Assembly (NCBI GenBank): GCA_965235115.1
Contig: OZ249436.1
Span: forward strand, 36,582,001-36,646,000
Origin: Laetmonice hystrix
Taxonomy: Eukaryota
Reading direction: 5' to 3'
DNA length: 64,000 nt
The notes beneath the pieces were generated by a model, which was not told where the DNA came from, made no database searches, and saw only the letters and a program-made list of their open reading frames with translations. The translations under genes were made by a program, and so were the position numbers. Numbering within the stretch: the first letter of the stretch is position 1; each line of letters starts with the position of its first letter. Shown here piece after piece: positions 14,569-26,900 of the stretch.

Positions 14569-15449
14569 GGTGCTGGAACTGGTTGCACGAAGCGTACGGT
14601 GATGGAATTGGTTGCACGAATTAGCGTATATACATGGTGCTGGAACTGGTTGCAGCACAAAGCGTACGGTGCTGGAACTGGTTGCACGAAGCGTACGGTA
14701 CTGGAACTGGTTGCACGAAGTGTACGGTGCTGGAACTGGTTGCACAAAGCGTACAGTGCTGGAACTGGTTGCACGAAGCGTACGGTCCTGGAACTGGTTG
14801 CACGAAGCGTACAGTGCTGGAACTGGTTGCACGAAGCGTGCGGTGCTGGAACTGGTTGCATAAAGCGTACGGTGCTGGAGCTGGTTGCACAAAGCGTACG
14901 GTGCTGGAGCTGGTTGCACAAAGCGTACGGTGCTGGAGCTGGTTGCACAAAGCGTACGGTGCTGGAGCTGGTTGCACAAAGCGTACGGTGCTGGAGCTGG
15001 TTGCACGAAGCGTACGGTGCTGGAGCTGGTTGCACGAAGTGTACGGTGCTGGAACTGGTTGCACGAAGCGTACGGTGCTGGAACTGGTTGCACAAAGTGT
15101 ACGGTGCTGGAACTGGTTGCACAAAGCGTACGGTGCTGGAGCTGGTTGCACAAAGCGTACGGTGCTGGAGCTGGTTGCACAAAGCGTACGGTGCTGGAGC
15201 TGGTTGCACGAAGCGTACGGTGCTGGAGCTGGTTGCACGAAGTGTACGGTGCTGGAACTGGTTGCACGAAGCGTACGGTGCTGGAACTGGTTGCACAAAG
15301 TGTACGGTGCTGGAACTGGTTGCACGAAGCTTACGGTGCTGGAACTGGTTGCACGAAGCGTACGGTGCTGGAACTGGTTGCACGAAGCGTACGGTGCTGG
15401 AACTGGTTGCACGAAGCGTACGGTGCGGGAACTGGTTGCAGGAAGCGTA
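14569..15449. repeat. Minisatellite with 29-bp unit (ggtgctggaactggttgcacgaagcgtac), ~30 copies
   Basis: Direct tandem periodicity. The ORF-track peptides here repeat every 29 aa (3 x 29 nt) in all frames. Confidence 0.97.
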
Positions 15450-18400
15450 ATGTACAAACAGTCATGATATCGAACAGGCGGCAGAGGGAGTATAAAGATG
15501 CCTTTGATCTATTGTCTTACATCCGTATGAAACATATCGTGGTATTGCCGCAGAGTATATCAGTCCGCAGAACGACAAAGAAGGCCACGAGGGTTGAATG
15601 AGAGGTTGCGAAGTCCTCTAGATGCCTGGTGTAGTTGAGAATTCAAGGGAGGTTTTGCATTCACGAGGGCCATTCTAGGGCTCCTTCCCCATCAGTGGTC
15701 ACCGGGGTCATCACATGCGGTCGGCCCGGGTAGGGGTCTCCAGCTGGGAGCAAGTCTATAAGTACCGGTACTTTCCTATAATATAACCACCGGTCCTACA
15801 GATGGCACGAACATGTCTTCAAGTCTGGATGACTTCATTTATATGTCATCTTTCACGACCTTCTGAGTCCAACAGCTGGCCGAAACACCACACCATACCA
15901 CACTGTACCAAGAGAAATGTTTCTAGCTTAGTGAAGGCACAACTTCTGTGGGAGTTCGGTCAATAAGTGGTGTAATTCGGGGGAAGGATTAGTGGACCCA
16001 AGTGGGCGCCCGGGTCACATACAGGCCAGCAGGGGGACCACCTGGGTTGGCATTGCTCACCATCACCTTCAAGTCACCCGCCACCGTATGGCACTTGACC
16101 TCTACATGTTGGGACGGCGATCTTTTCACCTCACTGCAATCAGTGCAAGTGGTTGCCAAACAAGGAATAGACCTGTTTGTTGTTGTTTGGACTAACAGTA
16201 ACATGTTAGAAAGCATTGGTAGATGGCAGCTGGCCGTCAGTGACCAACTATTCAGGATTCAACTTACAACACTAGATGTACAGTTAATTTTCAAGTTTAA
16301 TCTTTACATGCATTAACCTTAGTGATATTCTAGATGTTAACCTGAGAAGAAAGTTGGTAAAGTCTTCGGAAGTATAAGTTAGTCTATAAAGCCAAGAATA
16401 ACAATTAGAGTCATTTCCTTCGTTTCTTGCCCACTGAATGTAAGTAATCAGTGATGGCCCATAAAAGATATTGCAGTATGTTAAAAAGGTGCCAATTCTA
16501 ATCAGAATCTGAGCAGCCGTGAAGCTTTATGTAAGACATGGCACCTTGGAGGTCAGAACATCTCACAAGTTTACGATAGCTCCGGGCGAGTCTGCAAGGT
16601 GTCCCCTGGCCAGTTTGACAGCTGCAGTGACTTTTTGCCCAAGTCCGTGCCCTTGGTTTCAACAACTACTTGGCAGACCGAGGCCGAATGCCACCTATAT
16701 TGAGTGCCCTCAGAGTGTTTATTCTACTGAGATCGGACGTTGATAACCCGCATCACTTGGGCAGCACTTGTTGGTTGGGGGGAGATCCTGGTGGCAGGGC
16801 ACATTCAACCAGAATAGTTCCTAACCTGAGGATAGCATCTTTGTTTCTAATGTGTATAACCAAGGGGGCTAATCTACAACAACGCATTTTGTAAATCTGT
16901 GATTCGACATATTTTGTAATCTAACCAGAAATCCAATGAGCGTGTGTATTTGTGTAGGTAGGATGGTTGGATGGCATGTTGATGGAAGGCATGTAGATTT
17001 TGACTTATGATGCAAACTGCAAAGGTTTCCACTAATCAGTTAGGAGTGGTGAAGATGATGGGATGAGGCGGAGGGGATGGGTTCACTTTGCTTTGAATGG
17101 TATCATATGTGTGTCTCCAAGTAAATAACCAAGCAGCGCTGCAGTCATTCGATGTGTCTTTGATGGCAAGGATCGTTGTGGCTTATGTCGCGTACACAGG
17201 TATCCAGTTTACGTTGTTTTACTACGTGATGGGCAGACATAAAACGGTGGTTACCCATGAGGAGTTTCATCTGTTCAAATGGCTTGATTTCATGAAGAAA
17301 AGGGCTGGAACATAGCGTAGCAATGCGGGGAGGAATTTGTACAGGAGGTTTGCTTATAGTTTGAGGATGTGTGACAGCACATGTTGAGACCTACTGGTTG
17401 GCGGGTACTGTAGATTAATTAAGTGTCGAGAGTTTTGTGAAAGCAGGGCTAGGAGGAGTTTGGGTGACGGTTCGAGCTATTTTTGGCCGTGTTTGCGCTG
17501 ACCACTAGTCGTGCCGGAGTCTGGGTGTAATAAAGTGGGCAGTGGCCAGACGGTTCTGTCTGGTTATCTCCGTGGTGGGCAGTGGCCATTACACGGGGAC
17601 AACTCCTAACTGCATACGGTCTTATGAACCCATTTGCTGGATCGTAGATCAATATTGATTCGTTCTCCTGGCACGTACGGATATGTTTGAGGTGAAAGGC
17701 AATGAGAGAGAAAAAGGATGAGCACGGGTGCTTATAATAACAGGCCTCAGGGAGGGAAAGGAATGGCTGAAACCTGGTGGCTGCCAGACGGTAATGTAGG
17801 CATTACTGTCAATACTCTTTTCATTACCATCAAATATATGGCGGCTGCATTGTCATTATTTCTGAAGGTCCCAAGTGCAATGTTACCCTGTTTGGAAAGG
17901 CCTTCAGAAGTCCACGGGATGATGGCTTTGAAGCGTATCAAGCCTTGCGTGAAAGTACTTTTAGACAACAGAGACTTGTTGTCATGAGTTGCACATGAAG
18001 AGTGGAGTCGACATTCAGCATAGGATTTATAGGAACTAGAAAGGTCGGGTGGCAAGAAACATCAGAAGTAAAGAGAGAAGCAAATCTACAAATGGTTTTG
18101 TTGTCTGTTGCTGGATGGATCACGTATGTATGAGGAGTGGTGAGGACCTCTGGTGATGAGTTTGGCCAGTTCAAGCTGAGAGACTCCAGGCGTTGACAAT
18201 ACACACGGGGGTGTGTATTCACTGTGTGTATTCACTGTGTCCCCTCGGCCCGGCCCCCTTCAAGCTGCCCGAACTCGACTTGAGGTTCGGTACCGGCCTG
18301 ATGACTTATTGCCCACTATAGACGATTGGTGCCGCCGTGTGGCGGGGCCAGGCGGCCAGCTGAGCAGGGTCCAATTAGCGGGCCGTCGAGCAGGAGAAGG

Positions 18401-19972
18401 GTGGCAATGATGAAGCAGTCATTGTCAGCGGAAAGGACCCAGGTGGTCTCCTCCCAGAAGTGGCCTCCGTCCGAGATCAGCGGTGGCGGTCGGTACGCTG
18501 GTGGCGGCATCACGGGCCCACGGGGAGGCGGAAGACTTGCCGTCCGGCATTGTCATATTGGTGCTGGTGGGGAGAAGGAGAAGGGTGGGTGGGGGGGGGG
18601 GGGGCGCTAGCCAATCATACCGCGACTCCCCACAAGATATTAGAAGTTTCACAGAGCAGCCATCACTGACCCTATCCTGAACCTGCCGACCACCTTTGGG
18701 CTAGGAATAGAACATTCCATCTTCGTGACAGCAGACCGTAACGTCTTGGTGACAGCAGAATATCACGTCCTGCCTCTAGAGTCAGATTGAGCAAAGAGAG
18801 TTTACAGTGGGGATGCTTCTGTAAATTACTTTTCATAAAGTGATGAAATCTGACAGAAGAGGCCTTGGAATCTGACGGGAAAGGTCATTGAAAGTTCTTG
18901 ACTATACACTGGTGTGTTGTTAATGCGAGCGTGGGAGTCTTGTGGTATTCATGTTAATATTTCATGGAAAGATATGGTAATTTGACTCTATGAGTCGTTC
19001 AGAAACAAGCTGCGGGCTGTTCCACTCTACTCCCAGAGGGACGTAGAGCCTGGCGGTATGTACTGGGAATATTGTAATGGTGCCCGCCCGTGGTCTCTGA
19101 CTGCCTGGGAGCGAGTGGGTCGCATAAAACCACAAGTCCGCTTCGAGAAATAATTACATCCAATATATTCGTGTCCCGGAAACATTTTCAGTGTGATCTG
19201 TCATCGTGGTGATTAGAAGAAAAAGAATGCTACTTTGAGTGCAGTGGCGTGGGTGACCTTTTAACGGCACTGAGGTTATGACGTTCTTGTCTTCAGCACA
19301 AGAGGGGAGAATGAGCGACACAATATGTCCATTGATTCTAAGCCCCAAACAAAGGGTAAATAGTTGCGGGTAGGTGTCATACCCTGAGGCGGGCTGGATC
19401 TATCAATGTGGTCCAGTGTCCTTTAAACCGCAACCACTTCACCTCATTAGCCCCACTCATCAATACCTAATGTCCATATCTGTTCAAGGCCCCCACACTG
19501 ACCGCAGCGGTCAATGGGCGGCCCGTGTGGACACAGCGTGTTTGAACCCCCGCATTGAGTGGCCCTGAAATCCGCGGCCTTCTCGACCTGTCTGACTCAT
19601 CCTGTAGACGGCAGCATTAAACCAGGCCAAGTGTTCCATCCTTGGGCTCTTCATGAGCAAGGGGTCATCGGCCTAGGGGCAGTAGCTCTCGTCAAGCTGT
19701 CTTTCTAAGGTCTCAGCTGTGAGTGGTGGAATTCCAGCCTCGGCCAGCCACCCCGAAGGCGATGACCCCCTTCCTAAGCACAGACCCGCCATACCACCCT
19801 GATCCGTACAGTCGCGGCTAGCATCAAGTCTTCATACAGTTAATGGTCAAGAATAAAAGAAAAGCCCGATGGAGATTTTGTTTGATTTTGCCGATGCTTA
19901 GCTTTTTAGGACGTGCTTACCGTGTCCAGAGAAGGATAAAGATGCCCGCATGCTTTTGAGGTTTCTTTCAGT

Positions 19973-22021
19973 CACTGGCTACACACTGATCATCGTAACG
20001 CGCGTTACGCTGATCCAAGATGGAGGAAGGCAGGTCTCGCTTCAACTAAAACTAGGCGTATTTCAAGCAGTTCCGTGTCTCTGATTCATCTGTAAGACGT
20101 CAGAGTTGTTTATTGTAATGGTGGCATCATGTTTGGTGAACCTCGGCGCCTGAGATTGCCTAGAAATCTCAAAAATCGCTCCGAAAATTTTCGCTGTGAT
20201 ACCCGTAACGCGGACAAGCATGTTGACAAATGATACCCGTAACGCGAATTATTGATACCCGTAACGCGACTCATTGCTGGTTAGCCTGCCATTCACTCGT
20301 AAGCTGTACTGCCTTTATTCTTCGTCTTTCAAGTAGAAAAACCATTCTCACCAGTTTTCGTTTGAAGGGAATTTAATTGTTTGTGTTATTTGAAATCTTG
20401 TGCAGGTTGTGGCAGAGTTTTGACAGTTTAACTTCATCAAGTTCATGTAGAACGAAGTACGTTAGCGGTAGCCACGCTTGCAAACGCGAATACTTCCAGC
20501 CTGTGGCGAGTTCCACTGCCAAAATAAACCACCAAATTCGCCACGCCTGCAAATTCCAGCTGTCTCCAGTTTATAGCCCAGGTCCTCCCCCCCCCCCTCC
20601 CCCATGCACGCCTGATCCACCACTGACTGTGGTTGGAGCACGTGTGTCGGTGTGACATGTGGGTGGTCAGAGACCAGGGTGACCGACCCACCCGACCCGG
20701 TCTCTCCGCCAGGCCAGCCGCCCGTATGCGTCTGTTCCCCCTAGTCTACTACGGACTACCCCAGGTCAGGCCGGCCCTCAGTACTGGCCCGTCTCCCCGG
20801 CCTGGGTCCAGTCCATCTGGGGTGAGTTTATGACAGATGCCAGTCAGCCTGAGTAATACAGGCCTAGTTTAATCTATTCCGATTACCTGGCAGGCTGAGT
20901 GTACCAGGAGAGGACAGGCGTCACATGGCATGAAGGTGGGGAGGCAGCTCTGCCGCTCAGTACGGGGGTCGGGGGTGTGATGGGTGGGGGCTGTCAGGGG
21001 GGGATCGCTGTGATGAGAGGGTATTATAGCCTAGGTACCCGTCAATTTGGGCCAGGCCTCCTCTGAGGTGTAGGTGTACTGTACTGGATCCCAATATTCT
21101 TGCTGCTCAAGAGGGCCACTTGTGTAGAGTTATCCTCGAGATATAGGACAGCTTATTCCCCCAAAAACGTTCACTAGGCCTACACACATGCAGCTGGCAA
21201 ATGAAAGTACATGTACTTTATATTATACAGAGAAATTAAGACTGTATAATACATGTATAATGAACTCTGGTTACCTAAATAAAAAACATTAAAACAACTG
21301 TGGCTAATCCTTTTCCCTGTGGCTAGTTCTTTTCCTCAGTTGTTAGCCACTGTGGCTAATACCCAAAATTCACTAGCGTACTCCCTGTCGGAGGAGTCAG
21401 GGTGCTCTACCCCGGGGTACTGGGGAAGGACAAAGCATCTCGATCTCTCATGGTGCCTGCCAGGCATGTCTTAGATTCGTGACCCCGCCCTGGGGTCCAC
21501 ACACACTCTGTATGGTAACACTTATAGTATAGTATAGGTAGTATCACACACGCTGTTAATCCGGGCCCTATTATATACGTGTACCTCATGGTTTTACCTT
21601 CATACTGAAGTAGATAATGCTCATTACAAAGTTGAGATTCATTATCAGATCACGAGCCGATGTTGAAAGTCGTCTACTCGTCTGTAGACGTAAAAACCTT
21701 TAGGCTCAGTGAAAGGTTTAGGTGCCGCGTTACGCCTATCCTGTCACCAAATTAAACTTGCGTTACGGGGATCAGCGCTGCGCGTTACGGGTATCATCGC
21801 CAAATCTTCTGCGTCCATTTTCTCTTAATCTACGCCCGTCTAGGACCCCAAACTGAGACAAACGGCAGGCACACATTGTTATCATGATATTCAGATGTTG
21901 TTTTATGTTGTTGATGCACCGTAGCCCTTGTAACTTGAACAAAAACACGCGAAGCGAGCATCGGGATCGTCCATCTTGGATCAGCGTAACGCGCGTTACG
22001 ATGATCAGTGTGTAGCCAGTG
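19973..22021. mobile_element. 2,049-bp non-autonomous DNA transposon with 52-bp perfect TIRs (CACTGGC...) and 5-bp TSD; tentatively Transib/RAG-like (CMC group)
   Basis: 19973-20024 (cactggctacacactgatcatcgtaacgcgcgttacgctgatccaagatgga) is the exact reverse complement of 21970-22021. TCAGT is duplicated at 19968-19972 and 22022-22026. Subterminal tgatacccgtaacgcg repeats are mirrored at both ends. There is no transposase ORF. The element itself is well supported; the superfamily call is inference. Confidence 0.9.
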
Positions 22022-23814
22022 TCAGTGGCATCTTCATGTGAGATGAGCCAGTAAGTAGTATAAAAATTTGGAATTTGGTGTAGGATGATAATTGCAACTT
22101 GACAGGCCTATAACCTTTCGTTCGGTTCTTATATTCAAAAATATTTTTAGCTCAGATATTGTTAAGGCGCACCTTGTAGAAAACGTTGTGTGATCAGCCG
22201 CTGAATGTGCACATTGCACTTTCTGTCCACCCCACACAGAGTGTCTCTGTGCATGTAACAGACAGTAAAGACACGTCCGGAGGTTTCCTAGGCTAAGAGC
22301 AACTCCCAAAGGACCTATATTGATTGGCCTAGCGAGCCAAAGGCCACCGTAAGGTCTTCATGTAAGCCTAGCCATTCAGCCAACATCCCTGAGCTCGTCG
22401 GAATGAGACGCTTTGACAGAGGTCTTCGTCTTCACAACGGGGTGATTAGGTGTACGTAGACAAACGCCTCCAATTGGAATGGCTCTCAGGAAGTTACATT
22501 TCCATATGGCGGCAGCGACAGAAATGGAATCATTACCATGTAAACTGATGTCGTCGGTGTGACAATAGATGCCATTTACTCACGCAGGTTGTCATGAAAA
22601 TCAAGCACATTTTGTCCTTTAAGTAGTAAACCAGCTACGTCCATTTCAGACGGCGATCCGATTGTGTAAACAGGTTCGAATATTGATTCATGTGGACGAG
22701 GAAAATGTCATTGACGATCAATTGACGAGGGAGAATAGTTACACTGCACCAGAGAGAAATAGGAGCTTGACATGACGATGTGTAAGTGGGGATTGTGTAG
22801 CAAGGACAACAGACCGACTTCCATGTTGCCTCTGGAATATGATCCTGAACGGACTGATCGCTGTCGTGCATTGCATCTGAACATAAGAAAAATGGCGCCC
22901 CGCATACCGGCAACCACCCAATGTTAGCTTCCTGGATGTAGGAGACATTGTACGGTAGACTGAGGGTGGAGGGTGGGGGTGATTCTGTGATGGGGGGTAC
23001 CGACGACTCGGTCACCAAGTACCGGTTCCACTCGCCAACGTTATGTGCCAGCTGCTGTCCCATCAGGCCCATTGAGAACACGACCACAGAGCCACACTAA
23101 CCCACTGAAGCCATGTGTTCCAATAAGGATTCCTCTGATCTTCTCTCACTAACACTAATAGCTCACTAACTGTTTCCGGCAACCATATGTAGCTTCCAAC
23201 GCTCTCAAAGCGGTTTCTTACTTCAGTCATACTAGGATGGAATTTTGATGATGCCTGTTATTTACCAGTACTTCTCATTACCGGCGAGTTAGAACTTAAC
23301 CAGGCCCATCCAGCTGGCCCGTCTAAGGCCCGGCTGGGTGAGGCTGGGTGAGGCTTGGCGGCTGGAAGCAGTCAGCTACGCCACACCCCGGCCACACACT
23401 ATGTGGCTTGGTGGAATTGTACCACTACCACGGTGTAAATAGGACTGCGTTACGTGAGGCTAACTTCAGGTGGACTTAATAAAAGTAATCAATAAATGAA
23501 TAAATCTTTCCTGCTACCATGGCAACTAATGAAGAGTAGCCTTACATAAGCAGGTTGAAGAGGGTCATAGCTCAGAAATGATTGAAGACCCAGTTGGTCT
23601 CACTCAAAGTAAATAGTGTCTAAATTCACCTTGAGTGGCTTTGCTAAGTTTCACTGTAACTTGATTAGAAAATTTTGTTGAGGCTTCAGAATTTGCACCA
23701 GCGTGTTTCTAAAATCCCACTCTGTGCTCAGTCGCTCTACATGTAGTTGAGTTAAAGTGCTGGCAGCTGTTGTATTGATCGTGATCACCTGTGACGTATA
23801 AAAAAGGGGACGAG

Positions 23815-23925
23815 AGCTGTTTGTGAGGTCAGAAACAGCATGTTCTCTAACAGCTGTTTGTGAGGTCAGAAACAGCGTGTTCTCTGACAGCTGTTTGTGA
23901 GGTCAGAAACAGCATGTTCTCTAAC
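23815..23925. repeat. 3 x 37-bp tandem repeat, each unit with a gctgttt...aaacagc hairpin
   Basis: Units start at 23815, 23852 and 23889. Confidence 0.9.
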
Positions 23926-26900
23926 GATTGGACGAGTTGTTTGACCAGAAGGAGCATTCAACAGGCACATGACAAACGAAAAGAGCCCTTTTTAAAATTA
24001 TTTTTCTAAATATATATAAAACATGCAAGCCTGTAGGCTAGGTACTGTGGGTAAAAGATGGTTACACTTGAATGTCAGATGGTTACACATTGATTGTATG
24101 GTTGTTTAGAGAAGTTATTTTGACTAAAAGAAAAATTATTTTATGATAGGTAAATAATGGAAACCTTCCATTTGAAGAATTTTGTGCCAGCTGTGTGCCC
24201 TTGTATTGTCAAATGAAAAAAAAGGTTAATCCCAATAATGTCGATCTACAGAAGTGTCAAGAAAAAAAGCCGGAAATGTTGGTCAGAAAAAAGCGCCGGT
24301 AATGACGGTTCACGTTCCACAAACAGGAACCATTTCTTAGTATGATAGCTGTCACGACGATGTGCGTGCCCTCAAACCACTCAAACCGCCCACTGAATTC
24401 ATGAGGTTAACAAGAGGTTAGTCCTCCAGTTGTTTAATATAAAAAGTCACATAAATCTCTCGTGAATTCTTGTTATTATACATGTACCGGAAGAACACTG
24501 GTGTTTAGTTGGCAGTGGTGTTTGCTATGTTTTGACTTTTCGTCTGTCACAGCTGTGATCAGAGGTCCACTGCCGAGCTCTTTTGGCTTTTTTCCGTAAT
24601 TGTCATGATTTGCCGGTTTTATACACCAGACCCCGGCCTGCATATAGGCAACCTTTCCAATCATATCCAACAATAAAACACTTACTGTTGATTCATGGCT
24701 CCTGGTGGTCTATACCGGCTTTCCTAGAATTCTCGGCCATCAATGTGTAAGGCAACAAGACCCCCTGAGCTTTCCAAATTAAATGTACAACAGCGTGTCT
24801 GGCCACTGTGGGAAGCATGCCGAGGGTCCTGCTGAGGGTCGGCGCAGTATGGTATCGGCTATCTGCTCTTCCAACTGAGTTGGGACTCACCTATTTAACC
24901 ACAGTATCCCATTCTCTCATAACTCTGTGCCCTTATAGCCCACGCACCATCGGAACATGCTGCAATACAGTCAGGACGTCGGCACGGGCCTGTAGAATGT
25001 GTGTCTCCAATTACGACTGTTGAAGAACACGGCTAAATCACACGTTTGGTATTTTACTGCTTCATGTTGGTGCTTTAGTAGAAACTACTGCTGTACACTG
25101 TTTTCGTTGTATGTTGCAGTTTGTTCTACTCTTGCTACCATACTTGTCCTCCGATACAGTTAATGGTTCCAATCGTCGGACGATTGCCAGCTGAGAGGTG
25201 GTAGTACTTGTAGTGGGTTGCTTTCTTTATCTGGTTATCAGGTTTGAGCGCCGGAAGTGAAACATTGAGGTGCTTGAAATTCTCATCACGGAAAAGTCTG
25301 ATCTTGATTTCAGAAGATGTGTCTAGAGAACTACGAGCCGTTTTGAAAAATCCTCAGTTTGTGGCTCATGCAGTTAATAGGATTTTCGTGCACTGAAGGC
25401 ATTAATAATAAACCTTGCTTCTCCAAGGAATGCGAGGAATATTCGCCATGCTGTGCCCAGCCGTCCAAGTAACTATATGTTTCATGGTATGATATACTGA
25501 TGTTCAGGCCGACCGAGTCGAACGTGCGGTTTGATAAAAAATGCCTGGTTAAGTGATGGTGCACAGGGCACTGGTCCTGGTTCACCGTCAGGAGAAAGTT
25601 CACCAGAAGACTAGATCTGCTAGACCTATGCTGGTCGGCACTAGGGTCTCGCCTGCTATTGGATTAGCCATTTCTCTTTGCCAGTCAGCGGGGTTAACCT
25701 ATCATCATTCAGGCAATAGGTGTGCAGGGCGTGCCGGCGGCCTGGGTCGGCCGGGGGGGGGGGGGGGGGCAGGTGCAGTAGAATACCCTCGTTCCCTGAG
25801 GGAGACTTTAAGCTGACTTTGCCTACAGGCCCAGACGGGGGTTACAAATCATTGTAAACTGAATCTACTCTGGGCCTGGGGAGTCCTGAGGGATTGAAGG
25901 CATTTCATCCCATGCAGGTCAATACTGTGCCCTGAACAATATTAGTAAACGCAGAAGTGAATCCTAAAATTACGAATGAGAAATGTGCAATGAGACTGCT
26001 GTCCACTTGTTGTGTCCCCGTGTTTAATGCCCAGTAGTAATTTTGAAGTACGGGTGGGAGAGAGGGTACTGAAATATAGACTTTTATTATCTATTTTGTT
26101 TGGTTGAGTAATTGTCTCCACAAGTAAATTGAGATGATGTATTTAGACCAAGCCGGCTCGCCATATTGACAGGCAGACAAAGCATGTCAATCCGTAACTC
26201 CAATCTCTGTCGTTAGAACCTGACAGCGACCAGGTCATGTCATTATACAGCAGTGCAACCAGACGGTTAAAAGCATTCTACTAGGTTATTCACGTCGAAT
26301 GGCCGTCGTACAGGTACACGTTCCCACTCCGACAACAACCTCCATTCAGTAGCCTTTTCAATTTCCATAATTTCTACTCGCAGGAAATAAGAGCTTTGTT
26401 GGAATGGGTTGAGCTCAACTGAGATCGATGTTGGGATGTTGCATGTCTGCATGCCATTCTCACATTGGGCCGTCTGGCCACATCAAGGGGTCTACAGACT
26501 TCCTGCGAACATGTGTTTCTCAAAATGATCTGTTCAAGAGAAGCTCTCCTCAATCATCAGGATCAGGTACCTTCCACTCTCCACCATGTGGTCAATGTGC
26601 ACCTTGGCGCTACACGGGCAGCACATTTTCTCTGTCGTTTAACATCGTAAATCTTAAGTAAGCCTTAAAGGGATATCGGACTGCGAGGGCAGACAAGGAG
26701 AGAGAAAAACAGATTGTTCCACTTACACTGCGACTGAAGACGTTAATAGGTTATTTTACCCCGACTCTCTGAAACTGGAGGTTCTGTTTTAAGTGTTCGT
26801 ACCCGAGACATAAACGAAAAACAAATTAGGGTTGTCTGAGTGTGTAACTTGGCCGCACAAGTTCCCATCAGAGAAGTCTCTGGTTTGATGGGGCCTATTT

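Noticed and set aside
14520..15601. Several 230-300 aa ORFs on both strands
   Set aside because: Products of the stop-free 29-bp tandem repeat, not genes.
21298..21388. Repeated tgtggcta motifs ending in ...ccctg, like the end of a hAT-type element
   Set aside because: No matching opposite terminus or TSD found; at most a fragment.
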